DNA of 64,000 nucleotides from the human T2T-CHM13v2.0 reference genome, Homo sapiens: NCBI GenBank assembly GCA_009914755.4, contig CP068257.2, positions 12,256,001 to 12,320,000 of the forward strand, read 5' to 3'. Shown piece by piece: positions 16,605 to 31,096 of this stretch (position 1 is its first letter; each line of letters starts with the position of its first letter). The notes under the pieces were generated by a model. It saw only the letters and a program-made list of their open reading frames with translations, ran no database searches and was not told where the DNA came from. The position numbers and the translations under genes were made by a program.

Positions 16605-16913
16605 CTGTTTGTTTGTTTGCTTGTTTGTTTTTGAGATGGAGTCCCCCACTGTCACCCAGGCTGGAGTGCAGTGACACAATCTCAGCTCACCGCAACCTCC
16701 ACCTTCTGGGTTCAAGCGATTCTCCTGCCTCACCCTCCCAAGTAGCTAGGATTACAGGCGTGTGCTACCATGCCCGGCTAATTTTTCATATTTTTAGTAG
16801 AGATGGGGTTTCACTATGTTGGCCAGACTGATCTTGAACTCCTGACCTCATGATCTGCCTGCCTTGGCCTCCCAAAGTGCTGGGATTACAGGCGTGAGCC
16901 ACCATGCCTAGCT
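16605..16913 (-). mobile_element. Alu (antisense)
   Basis: GTTTGTTTTTGAGATGGAGTCCCCCACTGTCACCCAGGCTGGAGTGCAGTGACACAATCTCAGCTCACCGCAACCTCCACC ... GGGATTACAGGCGTGAGCCACCATGCCTAGC. Confidence 0.9.
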
Positions 16914-17097
16914 GCTATTCCACTTTTTAAATTCTCTCAGGACTCCTAAAATCTCAAAACTTTGACCTAGATTCCCTAATCTACATTTCCATCTCTGACC
17001 TTTTTCTTGAGGCCTCTTCCTTCTAGTACACATATTATAGAGAATATTCCAAACCACACGCTCAGACATTGCTACTTGGTGCAGATTACTTTTGTAG

Positions 17098-17604
<507 letters not shown>

Positions 17605-18004
17605 TGAGAATCAGATTATCAATTGTTTGCCTTTGTTTTCTTTTAAAGAGTTTCCTTTTCCATAGAGATATGGCATGATGAAAGTCTTGTTCTAAAGTTT
17701 CTAAAGTTTCTTTCGGGTGACACTCAAATATATCATTGGGAAGCTCCAATCAAGTAGACATCTCCCTTCTTCCCATTTGAGATTCTTCATCTCAAAATGG
17801 TGTCCACCAAACGTCTTCATCCAGATAGTCTCTTGCTTAGAAATTCAGGAGATAAGAACCTTCTTGAGAAGTTAGAGGCTATTGACTGAGATGGTTTAAT
17901 GCTGTCCCTTATTATATGTTTTACTCCCAAGGCAGACATCAAAGTGGCTAATAATACTATGCCTGATGTCTAACTCACTTCTATGGGAATCTATACAAAA
18001 CGTT

Positions 18005-18313
<309 letters not shown>

Positions 18314-19279
18314 TAACTGGGGACTAACATGAAGCACTTACAAGAGTATGTGGAACATAGTGAGCTACGTAAAATATTTGCTATTAGCATAATAATTTTA
18401 TTGTATATCTTAACAAAATTGTGTATGTTAGGCAGGTGGCATGCCAATGGAAGTAGTCTCCTATAGCTGCACTGAATCATTCTTCTCACCACTGAGAGTT
18501 GCAGCAAATGGGGGGCACATAATTTATAACTTACTTTTCTCTGTGTATGACTCAGTAGGCAATGACTATGTATGTACTACAATGTAAATAGCACCTCCTG
18601 GATGGAATAGTACATAACTGACATGACCAGCAGACAGGCTAAAGACACTGAGCTGAAAACCCTGGACTCTATTGCTAAACCAAGGCTCCTGAATCCGTTC
18701 CCTCTGAGCAACTGTTGCTGTGGTGCTGCCTTCACAAGCACTCTGTGGAGCACTGAGATTGAGGGGCTGTGCTATCCGTCATCAGACAAGCTGCAGCCAG
18801 AACTGTTCAGCTGACAAACTGGGAGCAGTCCAGAAATACAGTAATGGCTGCATAGTGAAAAAAAGCCAATTTAGATTCTTTTTCATAGAGAGAAAAACAT
18901 AAACATGTGATTGAACAAGTCTCCTCTATTAGACTAATTGGTTTAGATTTGATATTTAATTGCTAAAAATACATTTAGAATATAAACCTTACTGTGTCAA
19001 GGTCTCAAAGAACAAATAATTGGTATGGTATAAAGTATTTAATTGTATGCTAAAAACTTCTAAGCTAAAATATTTTCAATTTATGCAAGGATAGGTGCCA
19101 TACATATTATATATTATTGCCCCATTAAGCAAATTTATACTGAGACAAAATTATCTTCCATAAAAAAAGAAAAAGCCATGTAAAATTAAGGACTAAGTTT
19201 TTCTGCACAGACTGGACAACAATTCCTAACACATAAGGTCAGTGAGAGTCAGAACAGTCAGAGAAAGCTTCATAAAAAC

Positions 19280-19925
19280 AAAAAAATTGTCTGCCAGGTC
19301 TGAACAAATGAGACTAGATGAACAGAAACTGAGAAGGCAGAAAGGATAGCATGAGCAAGACAAGTGCTGAAATCTGCCCAATTAACTCTGAGGATAAAGT
19401 CCAATGGCAGGGAAATAAAAACACATGTCCACATAATAACCTCTAAGTGAATGTTTGCAGCAGCATTTTTCATAATAGCTAGAAGTGGAAACTAACCTAA
19501 ATGTCCATCAACTGATGAATGAATGGAAAACCAGTATAGCCATGCAATAGAGTATCATTTAACTATAACAAGAAATAAACTACCAATGTGTGCTAAAACA
19601 TGCATGAATTCTGAAAACATTAAGCTAAGTGAAAAAGCCAGTCACAAAGGACTATGTATTGTCTAACTCTATGTATATGAAATATGCAGAACAGGCAAAC
19701 CTACGGAGACAAAAGTAGATGGTGTTTGCCTACAACAGGGGTAGGTGGAGGGATATGGAGGAAGGTTGCAGTCATGCCTAGGAGATGTGGCATTGCTTTT
19801 AAGGGTGATGAAAATGTTGTGAATATAATAACAGATACTGAATTGTACATTTTAAATGGGTGACCTGTCTGATACATGAATTATATCTCAGTGAAACTGT
19901 TTTTAAAATCCAATGACAGGATCAA
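19280..19925 (+). mobile_element. L1 (L1M/L1P-like) 3' end, sense
   Basis: AATGTCCATCAACTGATGAATGAATGGAAAACCAGTATAGCCATGCAATAGAGTATCATTTAAC ... AAGCCAGTCACAAAGGACTATGTATTGT ... GGGTGATGAAAATGTTGTGAATATAATAACAGATACTGAATTGTACATTTTAAATGGGTGACCTGTCTGATACATGAATTATATCTCAGTGAAACTGTT. Confidence 0.8.
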
Positions 19926-20613
19926 GATAATTTTCTCAGCTCTCAATTTTTGATGTACATACTATATCAGATCTAAATATTTCTATACTTTTATAGTATA
20001 TTTTAAATAAAAGGTAAATAAAGAAAATGCCTAACTTTTCAAATAGTTTGTAAATTGACATAAAACATGTACATTTCAAAGAATAGTATAATGGCCTTTC
20101 TATACAAGTTAACTTAGAATCTGTGAAATAGACACAGATTCTGTGTCCTTTCACAAAAGTGAAGAAATAAGACAATTTTCTGGAACATTTCATTAAACAT
20201 TGTCCTCTGATTTAATCTGGCCTGCCTCATCATAGCAATACAAAAATTACTTGAAAATATGTTTAACAGGAAAAAAGTCAATTTTCTCTGAGGAATGATG
20301 TATAATTATCAACTTTTCCAAGGGTACATATTGTAAGAGAAAAGGTATGCAATCTTTTTTCAAAATGGTAGAACAAAAGACACAATATAAAAAAAAAGTA
20401 CATTATAAAGATAGTAAAATGGAAATAATTAATTATAATGAAAGTACAAAATCAAGCTTCTGCCAAAATTAGTATCCTAAAACATGTTATATAATTCAAC
20501 CAGCTACAGAATAACTGTTGACATGTTAAATTCCATACATACTTGACCTTCCACTTGAAATAATTTCCTCTTTGAGGCCCGTGTCTCTTCCAAATTAATG
20601 TGACATCATGTAC

Positions 20614-20689
20614 CTTCCAGTGGAGACTCTAACATAGTTAATTTTTTAAGGGAATCAGCCACTTCTTGTTGAAGTTGTCTCACAACCAC
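20614..20689 (-). CDS. Small coiled-coil exon of the ANKRD26-family gene (VVVRQLQQEVADSLKKLTMLESPLE plus 1 nt)
   Basis: The acceptor is aaatattttatcag|GTGGTTGTG, with the exon starting at 20689. The donor is CTGGAAG|gtacat, with the exon ending at 20614. The exon is 76 nt, phase 0 to 1. Joined to the upstream exon's ..ERQKAETV it reproduces the recalled family motif ..EKAEREVVVRQLQQELADTLKKQSMSEASLE. Confidence 0.6.
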
Positions 20690-21774
20690 CTGATAAAATA
20701 TTTTTGTTACTGATTTTATAAATTGCCTTATTATTAAATTATGTTAATAACATTTAACTCTAACATACCTACTTTGAAAATTATCTCACACACATCAATT
20801 CGCCTTCTTTTCATCACAGGTACACATTTTTATTTATTACTGAATTCAGTGAGGGATGCAGAATGTGTTATCCTCCTGCCAAATTGGTATTCTCTTATAC
20901 AACAGATTCATCCCACCATTCAATCATCTTAGAAGCTCAACTCAACCTCAAAGTTCCTAACATATTCAATCAACTGTTCAAATCCTTTCAACAGATTCCT
21001 GTCTCAGAATAAAAGTAAAATTCCAATGGCCTTTGAGGCCCTAGGTAAACCCCTCTTTAGTCTGAAAATGGGGATATAATGCCTAACTCATAAATCACAG
21101 GCAGCTACAGTATCTTTGTACTGGACAAAGTCATATTCAAATGATAGTCATTGAGCCTTGAAATAAAAATTATGAGCTAATTATTAATAAAAATATTCAA
21201 AGTAAATTATGAATACCAGTGGGAAGACTAAATCAAATATAGTTTTGCTAAAATTTACCACATTTACCCTAAATTATAATTTTATAACAAGTAGGTGCCT
21301 TTAAAACATTACGTGGTCAAAAAATATGTAATTTGAGACTGACATATTTTCAGATTTAAGTTAAATTAATATGAATAAAAATAAAGCTATACCAACTAAA
21401 ATATATAAAAAACTACTTAAAGCAAGATATTACAAGACACAGCAATACACTTCACTTCATCTGGGAAATCTAGAATTAAGTGTTGAAGCAAATCACTTAA
21501 TTAAATTTTAATTTGAAAATACTCATTTCAGGTGTAAACATTTCCATTTATACCTTCATCATGGTCTTAACATGTGGCAACATAAAGACATTAAAATTAT
21601 TATTTCAGCACTACAGGACTATCTACCTTAAAATATGACTCTGTGCCGAATAAAATGTCATAGGTGACACAATGTCTTCTCTCAAAGTAAATCATCTCTC
21701 ACCTCTATGGAAACAAGGTATGTTTCTAAGCTGATGTAATAAACACATTTTTCCTTTTTTTTTTAAATCAAAAA

Positions 21775-22060
21775 GCTTTGTTGAAATATAATTTACATAC
21801 TATAGAATGTATCTGTTTTAACATAAAGTTAAAAGATTTTTAGTACTTTTTCTGAGCTGTGCAGCCATCTCTACAATCCAACTTTAGAGCATTTCCATCA
21901 CTGCAAGATCCCTCACGCCCATTAGCAGTCACTATCAGCTTCCAGCCCCAGCCCTTCACAAACATTAATCTACTTTTTGTACCTATATATTTCTCTTTTC
22001 TGGATGCTTCATGTAAATGGAATTGTACAGTATAGTAAACACAGTTTTTATCTACTGATT
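21775..22060 (+). mobile_element. Ancient L1M-type 3'UTR fragment (sense)
   Basis: AGCTTTGTTGAAATATAATTTACATACTATAGAATGTATC ... CAGCCATCTCTACAATCCAACTTTAGAGCATTTCCATCACTGCAAGATCCCTCACGCCCATTAGCAGTCACT ... AATCTACTTTTTGTACCTATATATTTCTCTTTTCTGGATGCTTCATGTAAATGGAATTGTACAGTATAG resembles the conserved old-L1 3' segment (TTTATTGAGATATAATTCACATACCATAAAATTCACC...CATTAGCAGTCACTCCCCATTC). Confidence 0.45.
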
Positions 22061-22153
22061 TTTATATTCAACTAGGTTCAACATGTATCCAGAACCAAAT
22101 GTTTAAATTTTCTTTCTAGAAGTTTGAAAATATTTATCTTCCTTGATTCTTAC

Positions 22154-22543
22154 TACTGTTTCTGCTTTCTGTCTCTCATATTGAAAGAGACTTTCTTTTA
22201 AATGATCATATTCATTCATTAGCTTCTTATTTTTCTCTTCTAGTATGAGGTCTTTCTTTCTACTCTCAATAAAGCCTCTTTGGATATTAATTACTATCTC
22301 TTTATGATCCTCTTTCTGATGAACATCAATTAGTTGCTGTTCAAGCCATGGATTTTCACGTTGGAGTTGACATATCCTCTCTTCCACACAGTTCCACTTT
22401 CCAGTAGATTTACTGACTTTAGCTTCTGCACTTTGATACATCTCTTTCATTTCCTTTATTTGCTGCTGTGTTTGGCTTAGGTCGTTTTGTACAGTTTCTA
22501 AAGCTAATGACTTTTTTCTGAGAGTATCTCTTGTCTTACGGAA
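22154..22543 (-). CDS. 3' portion of the large DUF3496-like coiled-coil exon of the ANKRD26-family gene, split from its 5' portion by the RHOT1-SVA insertion
   Basis: The continuous frame reads DKFRKTRDTLRKKSLALETVQNDLSQTQQQIKEMKEMYQSAEAKVSKSTGKWNCVEERICQLQRENPWLEQQLIDVHQKEDHKEIVINIQRGFIESRKKDLILEEKNKKLMNEYDHLKESLFQYERQKAETV, followed by the donor GTA|gtaaga with the exon ending at 22154. Homology by recall is to the ANKRD26 C-terminal region (..QLQSKNMWLQQQLVHAHKKADNKSKITIDIHFLERKMQHHLLKEKNEEIFNYNNHLKNRIYQYEKEKAE). The upper boundary is the insertion point; 22531-22543 is the target-site duplication. Confidence 0.7.
22531..22543. repeat. Target-site duplication GAACTTATCTTTT (3'-side copy, next to the poly-A)
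   Basis: The identical 13-mer appears at 25658-25670. Together they flank the whole RHOT1-SVA unit. Removing the unit with one copy restores a single continuous host reading frame. Confidence 0.8.
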
Positions 22544-22572
22544 CTTATCTTTTTTTTTTCTTGTACCTTTTT

Positions 22573-22578
22573 TTTTTT
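22573..22578 (-). terminator. SVA SINE-R poly(A) signal AATAAA
   Basis: + strand TTTATT at 22573-22578 lies within TCAATAAACATT(A)n on the minus strand, immediately before the poly(A) tail. Confidence 0.8.
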
Positions 22579-22580
22579 AA

Positions 22581-23080
22581 TGTTTATTGATCATTCTTGG
22601 GTGTTTCTTGGAGAGGGGGATGTGACAGGGTCATAGGATAATAGTGGAGAGAAGGTCAGCAGAGAAACATGTGAACAAAGGTCTCTGGTTTTCCTAGGCA
22701 GTGTTTGTGTCCCTGGGTACTTGAGATTAGGGAGTGGTGATGACTCTTAACGAGCCCGCTGCCTTCAAGCATCTGTTTAAGAAAGCACATCTTGCACCAC
22801 CCTTAATCCATTTAACCCTGAGTTGACACAGTACATGTTTCAGAGAGCACGTGGTTGGGGGTAAGGTTATAGATTAACAGCATCCCAAGGCAGAAGAATT
22901 TTTCTAAGTGCAGAACAAAATGGAGTCTCCTATGTCTACTTCTTTCTACACAGACACAGTAACAATCTGATCGCTCTTTCTTTTCCCCACATTTCCCCCT
23001 TTTCTTTTGAACAAATCCGCCATCGTCATCATGGCCCGTTCTCGATGGTTGCTGTCTCTTTGGAGCTGTTGGGTACACCT
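22581..23080 (-). mobile_element. SINE-R (HERV-K-derived) module of the SVA
   Basis: The minus-strand read matches the SVA SINE-R consensus: ..GGGGAAAAGAAAGAGCGATCAGATTGTTACTGTGTCTGTGTAGAAAGAAGTAGACATAGGAGACTCCATTTTGTTCTGCACTTAGAAAAATTCTTCTGCCTTGGGATGCTGTTAATCTATAACCTTACCCCCAACC.. ending ..GATCAATAAACATT. Confidence 0.85.
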
Positions 23081-25040
23081 CCCAGATGGGGCGGCCGGGT
23101 AGAGGCGCTCCTCACTTCCCAGACAGGGCGGCGGGGCAGAGGCGCTTCTCACATCCCAGACGATGGGTGGCCGGGCAGAAACGCTCCTCACTTCCCAGAC
23201 GGGGCGGCCAGGCAGAGACGCTCCTCACTTCCCAGATGGGGCGGCTGGGCAGAGGCACTCCCCACTTCCCAGATGGGGTGGCCGGGCAGAGGCGCTCCTC
23301 ACTTCCCAGATGGAGCGGCCGGGGAGAGGCACTCCCCACTTCCCAGACTATGGGCGGCCAGGCAGAGGCGCTCCCCACTTCCCAGGTGGGGCGGCCAGGC
23401 AGAGGTGCTTCTCACTTCCCAGACGGGGTGGCCGGGCAGAGGCACTCCCCACTTCCCAGACTATGGGCGGCCGGGCAGAGGTGCTTCTCACAACCCAGAT
23501 GGGGTGGCCGGGCAGAGGCACTCCCCACTTCCCAGATGGGGCGGCCGGGCAGAGGCGCTCCACACTTCCCAGATGGGGCGGCTGGGCAGAGGCACTCCTC
23601 ACTTCCCAGATGATGGGCGGCCAGGCAGAGGGGCTCCTCACCTCCCAGATGGGGTGGCCAGGCAGAGATGCTCCTCTCTTCCAAGATGGGGCAGCCAGGC
23701 AGAGGTGCTCCTCATCTCCCAGACGGGGTGGTGGCTGGGCAGAGGTGCTCCTCACATCCAAGATGGGGCGTCTGGGCAGAGGTGCTCCTCACTTCCCAGA
23801 CGATGGGCGGCCGGGCAGAGGTGCTCCTCAATTCCCAGATGGGGTGGCCAGGCAAAGATGCTCCTCACCTCCCAGATGGCGTGGCTGGGCAGAGGCACTC
23901 CTCACTTCCTCCCAGATGGGGCGGCCGGGCAGAGGTGCTCCCCACTTCCCAGACGGGGCGGCCGGGCAGAGGCGCTCCTCACCTCCCAGACGGGGCGGCC
24001 GGGCAGAGGCGCTCCTCACCTCCCAGATGGGGCAGCCAGGCAGAGGCACTCCTCACCTCCCAGATGGGGCGGCCGGGCAGAGGCACTCCTCACCTCCCAG
24101 ACAGGGTGGCTGGGCAGAGACGCTCCTCACTTCCCAGATGATGGGTGGCCGGGCAGAGGTGCTCCTCACTTCCCAGATGGGGTGGCTGGGCAGAGGCACT
24201 CCTCACTTCCTCCCAGACGGGGTGGCCGGGCAGAAGTGCTCCTCACTTCCCAGACCGGGCAGCCAGGCAGAGGCACTCCTCACCTCCCAGACGGGGTGGC
24301 CGGGCAGAGGCGCTCCTCACTTCCCAGATGGGACAGCCTGGCAGAGGTGCTCCCCACATCCCAGACGGGGCGGCTGGGCAGAGGCGCTCCTCACTTCCTA
24401 AACAGGGTGGCGGCCGGGCAGAGGTGCTCCTCACTTCCCAGACAGGGCAGCCGGGCAGATGCGCTCCTCACTTCCCAGACAGGGCAGCCGGGCAGAGGTG
24501 CTCCTCACTTCCTAGATGGGGTGGTGGCCAGGCAGAGGCGCTCCTCACTTCCCACATGGGGCAGCTGGGCAGAGGCGCTCCCCACATCCCAGACGGGGCG
24601 GTCGGGCAGAGGTGCTCCTCACTTCCCATTCGGGGCAGCCGGGCAGAGGCGCTCCTCACTTCCTCCCAGACGTGGGGCGGCCGGGCAGTGGTGCTCCTCA
24701 CCTCCCAGATGGGGCAGCCGGGCAGAGGCGCTCCTCACTTCCCAGACGATGGGAGGCCGGGCAGAGTCTCTCCTCACATCCCAGACAGGGCAGCCAGACA
24801 GAGGCGCTCCTCACATCCCAGAGGATGGGCGGTCAGGCAGAGACGCTCCTCACTTCCTAGACGGGGTGGCGGCTGGGCAGAGGTGCTCCTTACTTCCCAG
24901 ATGGGGCGGCCAGGCAGAGGTGTTCCTCACTTCCTATTCGGGGCGGCTGGGCAGAGGGGCTCCTCACATCCCAGATGATGGGTGGCCAGGCAGAGACGCT
25001 GCTCACTTTGTAGACGGGGTGGCGGGTGGGCAGAGGCTGT
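23081..25040 (-). repeat. SVA VNTR (about 1.96 kb of imperfect ~36-49 bp tandem units)
   Basis: The + strand repeats CCTCACTTCCCAGA(C/T)GGGG(C/T)GGC(C/T)GGGCAGAGG(C/T)GCTC dozens of times. This is why + ORFs of 665 aa and others ([11 protein letters not shown]..) and matching minus ORFs appear in the six-frame track. Confidence 0.9.
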
Positions 25041-26173
<1,133 letters not shown>

Positions 26174-27372
26174 TTCTTCATGATTATGAAAATCCTAAAT
26201 AAAACAAAAGAAAGTTTTAGCTAGTACTCAATAAAATAACATATCATGATTACCTCTGAAGTTAAAGAACAACCTGCACATCCATGCACTAAAAAGGTTA
26301 CTGTAAGTGGATATCCAACTGGAGAAAAAGTTGAAGCAAAATTTTGAACCTTATAGAGCATAAATTCCAAAAAGTTCAGAAATTTATTAAAAGTCAATGA
26401 ATTTATAAAAGTAAACACACACAAACACATGCACACCAGAGAATTTTTAAGAATTTCAGAATTGGAAAAGCCTTTCCCTGAATTACAACAAACTCAAAAG
26501 TATAAATTAAAGCATTAACAAATTTGACTAAATTAAAATATATCAAAAAATTACATTTACACTTTGATATCTAACCCATACACCACCCTATAGTAAGAAC
26601 TTTAGTTCACACGTATTTGGACAGATAAAATTTCCCAGAGTTATTACAGTTCTGTTTCACTGATAACATTCTATTTCAATTTGACTCTTTTAACACTTTT
26701 ATAGTCAGTTATAAGAATTACATTTACTAACTCATAAATCTAGACATTATACTAGTCACTCCTATATACATTCATTGATGAACTCATCTAGTTACCACAA
26801 TTTTGAGAAAGAAAGGTTAAAAATATAAGCAAGCTACAGGATTTTCCCCAGGACTTCTGACTCTACTTCTACTTCTCCAACAGATCACAGTTACTTCTGT
26901 GGTGTAAATATATCCATATGAAAGAAAACTTTTATTTCAAAACACCAGTGGTAAATAAGATAAAATTTATAGAGCTCTTCTAAGAATATCATGAGATTAT
27001 TTGTGATTGCAATAATTTCTGTTTCCTCTTTATAATATTAGGTAGAGTAATCAATATGAAATAGGAGAAAGTACAAGGAACAATTTTACTGGGAACAAAT
27101 CTTTATCAATAGGTTATCACTAAGTATATATTATGGCATATTATTGTTTTCAAAAGCTCTTTGTAATAAAATAATATCCTATGTGGGTGCCAAGATTTAT
27201 AATAAATATTAATAATTGTACCTGTAAGTGTCATCACTCATTTTTAAAAATGACATAATATTTCTGGTTTGTTTTTTTACCTAAATAATATATATTAAAT
27301 CAAGTGGATATTATAAGTTACATTGATAAAATAAAGTTTAAAATATAGAATTTTTACTAAAGATTGATTTAC

Positions 27373-27553
27373 CTGATTTGGAGTATTTCTTGCAGTCTTC
27401 GGTTTCATCTCTAGTGATTGAACAGTTGGTTCAAATTATTTTGCTTCAACTTCTTTCTTATATTGTTTCTCTTTCCTTTCTAATTCTTCTCTTTTTTTTT
27501 TGTACAGCATATTAACATTTGTTTTTTCTTCATTTTCTTGTTTTAAGGTGCAT
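27373..27553 (-). CDS. Coiled-coil exon of the ANKRD26-family gene with an in-frame TAA ((C)TLKQENEEKTNVNMLYKKKREELERKEKQYKKEVEAK*FEPTVQSLEMKPKTARNTPNQ)
   Basis: The acceptor is ctttatctgcag|A, with the exon starting at 27553. The donor is AATCAG|gtaaat, with the exon ending at 27373. The exon is 181 nt, phase 2 to 0, which fits the phase-0 start of the 26173 exon. It is homologous to family ..RFSLNQEEEKRRNADTLYEKIREQLRRKEEQYRKEVEVKQQLELSLQTLEMELRTVKSNLNQ. The Q codon equivalent reads TAA. Confidence 0.55.
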
Positions 27554-28600
27554 CTGCAGATAAAGACATTTATCTTAAAATTCATTTTGTTAAAAAATAA
27601 ACAGTTTATCCTGTTATCTACCTCTGCAGATGTTGTTTGTTATCCTAATAAAATTTCTATGTTCTGGATTATTTTTCCTTTGCAGTTCTCAGATATTTAA
27701 TTTCTCACTTCAACATCTTCAAAAGAATGCATATACTTGAAAAGTAGTAAGGAAAGAATATTCTGCTAAAGGTTTTATTACTAGTCACTCTAGTATATAT
27801 TTTAAAAAAGGATACTGGAGATAATTCAGTAAAGTTACAAGTTCAAAATTACCTTTTCAAATCACACAGTCATAATTACTCCCTAATTAGAAAAGGTCAT
27901 TTACAATCAACTAAAATTTTAAAGTTACTATTTATTGACAAGTGTATAAGTTCACTAGAAATAAATTTTCATCTTTATGAAATATTGCGGGTGTCTCTCC
28001 AAATGATTTACAGAGTAAGATGTCTCTCACAAAAACTATATCTGCAAATGACTGTCATCCAAAACTAGGCTAAAGAGTCTAACATCTGTTACCCCACACT
28101 TTTTATAATTCTTTCTTAATACTTCCAATTCACCTTCTTATTACATATATTTTATATATTTATTAGCCTATTGTTCATTATGTGTAATATATAATTAATG
28201 CCCTTAATAAGTGTGTGTATGTTTACACAAGTTATGTTTTCCTGGGAAATCTAGTCCCAGAAGTGGAGTTGTTGAGTTAAAGGGATGTCAGGCTATTTGA
28301 AATTTTGATACACAGCACTAAGTTACCCTTCAGAACTAATTTACCAATTTCATATACCAACAGTGTATGAGAATGCCTTTTTCCTCACATTTGCCAACAC
28401 GAGTAATTACTTTTTAAATATCAGCATGACTTTACAAAATGTATCTTATTTTATGTTAATTTACATTTTTCTGGTTACCAGGTAGGGATAAATATCCCTG
28501 GTAAAAATATAAAATTTGTTAATCATAAGGAATATTAGTCCCATTTTGAATTAGTTTATAGCACAATGACAATTATCTCCTGTGAAATACTGCTATAGGT

Positions 28601-28920
28601 GGCAAGGCACAGTGGCTCACTCCTGTAAACCCAGCACTTCGGGAGGCTGAGATGGGCAGAACACCTGAGGTCAGGAGTTCCAGACCAGCTTGGTTAACAT
28701 GGTGAAACCTCATTTCTACTAAAAATGCAAAAAATTAGCCGGGCATGGTGGCACATGCCTGTAATCTCAGCTACTAGGGAGGCTGAGTCAGGAGAATCAC
28801 TTGAACCCAGTAGGCAGAGGTTTCAGTGAGGCAAGAACACACCATTGCACTCCAGCTTGGGCAACAAGAGAGAAACTCCATCTCAAAAAAAAAAAAAACC
28901 CAAACAAAACAAAACAAACA
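28601..28920 (+). mobile_element. Alu (sense)
   Basis: GGCAAGGCACAGTGGCTCACTCCTGTAAACCCAGCACTTCGGGAGGCTGAGATGGGCAGAACACCTGAGGTCAGGAGTTCCAGACCAGC ... CTCCAGCTTGGGCAACAAGAGAGAAACTCCATCTCAAAAAAAAAAAAAAC. Confidence 0.9.
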
Positions 28921-30924
28921 CACTGCTATAGGCTTACTTACCTATCATGCTCTTCCTTCAGTTTCTTGGGAAATTGCTGAGGTTATGTTTTCCCAATCTT
29001 TCTTTGTTGGGTTAATCTGTCAGCAGCAGAAGAAGATGTACTATGACATGTATTTTCTGATAGTTGTATTTTTTCACTTTTGTATGTATTATTTCCTTCT
29101 TTGACCTTTAATAAAAGTAATATGAATAATAATTATTATTTTATTTAATAAAAAGAACATTTTCCCTGATTTTTTCACTTGATTCAGGTTAACTATCACC
29201 ATTTTAATGATAAAAGTATTTTGTGCTTACTTTAATTTTATCATTATACATAATTATTATAATTATAAGGTACTCATCATTTTATCATTGAAATTTTTGT
29301 CAAGTCTGCTCATTTCTGTTTGAGTGAATGGAAGAATTTTCCAAAATTTTAAAAAGTCCTCTTCTCCATTTTGTGCTTTTATTCCCATCCACTCTTTGCT
29401 ATCTGACATAAATGTTTATGCTATCTGACTAGCAGAAACAGAGAAATAAAAAGACACAGGTATAACATATGTCTTCTGTCTTTACCACATGGATTTTACA
29501 TGAAATAGCCAGATTAAGAGGATGTGACTTTGTAGGGCTTCAGGAACAGTAAAGAAGTTTTCCCTTTTCTGCACTAAGCTATTCTTTTCCCCAGTGCCTT
29601 TTATCTCTCTCTCTCTCTTTTTTTTTTTTTTTTGAATCCTGGGATATCAAAAAAGTAAAGGTTCTCCCTGAACTATGGGAACCAAAGTTTGCCACAACAC
29701 AAGAAGCAGAGTGAAACTGCTGAGTTTCTAGTGCAGAATTCTGGAAAATGAGATGCTTCCCAGATTTCACATTCTATTACCACAAAAGTTTATAGGTGAA
29801 AACCTTTGGTACAGTTACCTACTTTAGCCCCATTATCTACTGATAATGGGAGTCAAACCAACCAAGACATATTAAATGTTTCATCCAGAGCTCTTGAGGT
29901 GGCATTCCCTAGTATTTCATGGCACCAAATAACATGATACAATTCCATATTGCTGAATTACATAAATTACCAGATAAATTTATCAAATTAGTCAGATATA
30001 TTAAAAGTCTAACTTAAGCAAAGCAATTTAATGCCTCAGAGGGTGGAAAAAGGCCTCATCTGCTTTCACTTTGAAAGAAGAAAATCTCTAGATTTTTGTC
30101 TATCTTTAGAACACAATGTACAGAACTCAACTTTCTATAAAGAGTCAAAGGCTAAATTTTTGGCTAAGAAATTATGCTTCTTACGTGATAAAAATCATAC
30201 ATGCCAAAACTTACCATACTTTATTAAACAACATAATGTAAGGTCTGATTCAACAGAAATATTGGAGAGTGGTGATTTTTTAAAATATGTGGAAGTATAT
30301 ATTTGTTTTCAAAATATTGGAAATAACCATGATGGGACTATAAGTTCAAACAGTTTGAGCTAAGCAGATAAACTTGCACATGAAAACACATTAAACAGAC
30401 TCATTTGGCTGGGAATATCCATTGCAACTCTCAAGGCTAGACGTGTTTTTGTGGCTCATCTCAGTCATTGCTTCCCTCCCACTGTATTACCATTCTATCA
30501 TTAAATAAATGTAATTCATCTCTAAATGAATACAGAAAAAAGAATCTGGAATCTAGAGCTTATTTCTTTAGCAATTTCTTTATGTTGATCTGGTTCAGAA
30601 GGTCACATGGTATATGGCTGAATTAGTTTCCCAGCTCATATGCCACTTGGAAGACTGATAGGGAGACTTAGGTTGATTAATGAACAAACATTATGAGAAC
30701 ATTCTCCAGAATCGTTATTTAGATAGCAAAACTAATCTACTTTGACACATAATTACACATTTAGATAACCCCACTGTAACTGTACACATGAGATTTTCTT
30801 GAATAGAAAATCTGACTGAATCAAATAATTGATAAAGAGAAAAAAGAAGCAGCAAGTGAACCTCTGTCTTTTTGAAGTTGGACTTCCTTTCTCCAAAGCT
30901 AGGAACTCTACTGGTAACATGCTA

Positions 30925-31060
30925 CCTCATTCTTTTTTACTATTATTATACTTAAAGTTCTGGTACATGTGCACAACGTGCAGGTTTGTTACATATGTAT
31001 ACATGTGCCATGTTGGTGACCTTGGAATATCTTGCTGTGTCTTCTAGCTATGTTTTTGAT
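30925..31060 (-). mobile_element. L1PA 3'-terminal fragment (antisense)
   Basis: TTATACTTAAAGTTCTGGTACATGTGCACAACGTGCAGGTTTGTTACATATGTATACATGTGCCATGTTGGTG is the reverse complement of the L1PA 3' end (..CACCAACATGGCACATGTATACATATGTAACAAACCTGCACGTTGTGCACATGTACCCTAGAACTTAAAGTATAA). Confidence 0.8.
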
Positions 31061-31096
31061 GTTCTCTCACTATGTGGCAAAGAATAAACCCACATT

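Noticed and set aside
22103-22153. Read-through of the 22154 exon to the stop at 22103 (..RIKEDKYFQTSRKKI*), which would make it a terminal exon
   Set aside because: A good donor (GTA|gtaaga) comes before it. The downstream exon 20689 supplies the family-conserved VVVRQLQQE continuation, and further 3' exons (6150, 5243, 3721) follow. The tail is intronic read-through.
23081-25040. The regular ~40-bp periodicity as a possible CRISPR-like array
   Set aside because: This is a eukaryotic (human) sequence. The units are imperfect copies of one motif with no unique spacers, and they are flanked by SINE-R and Alu-like SVA modules. It is a VNTR, not CRISPR.
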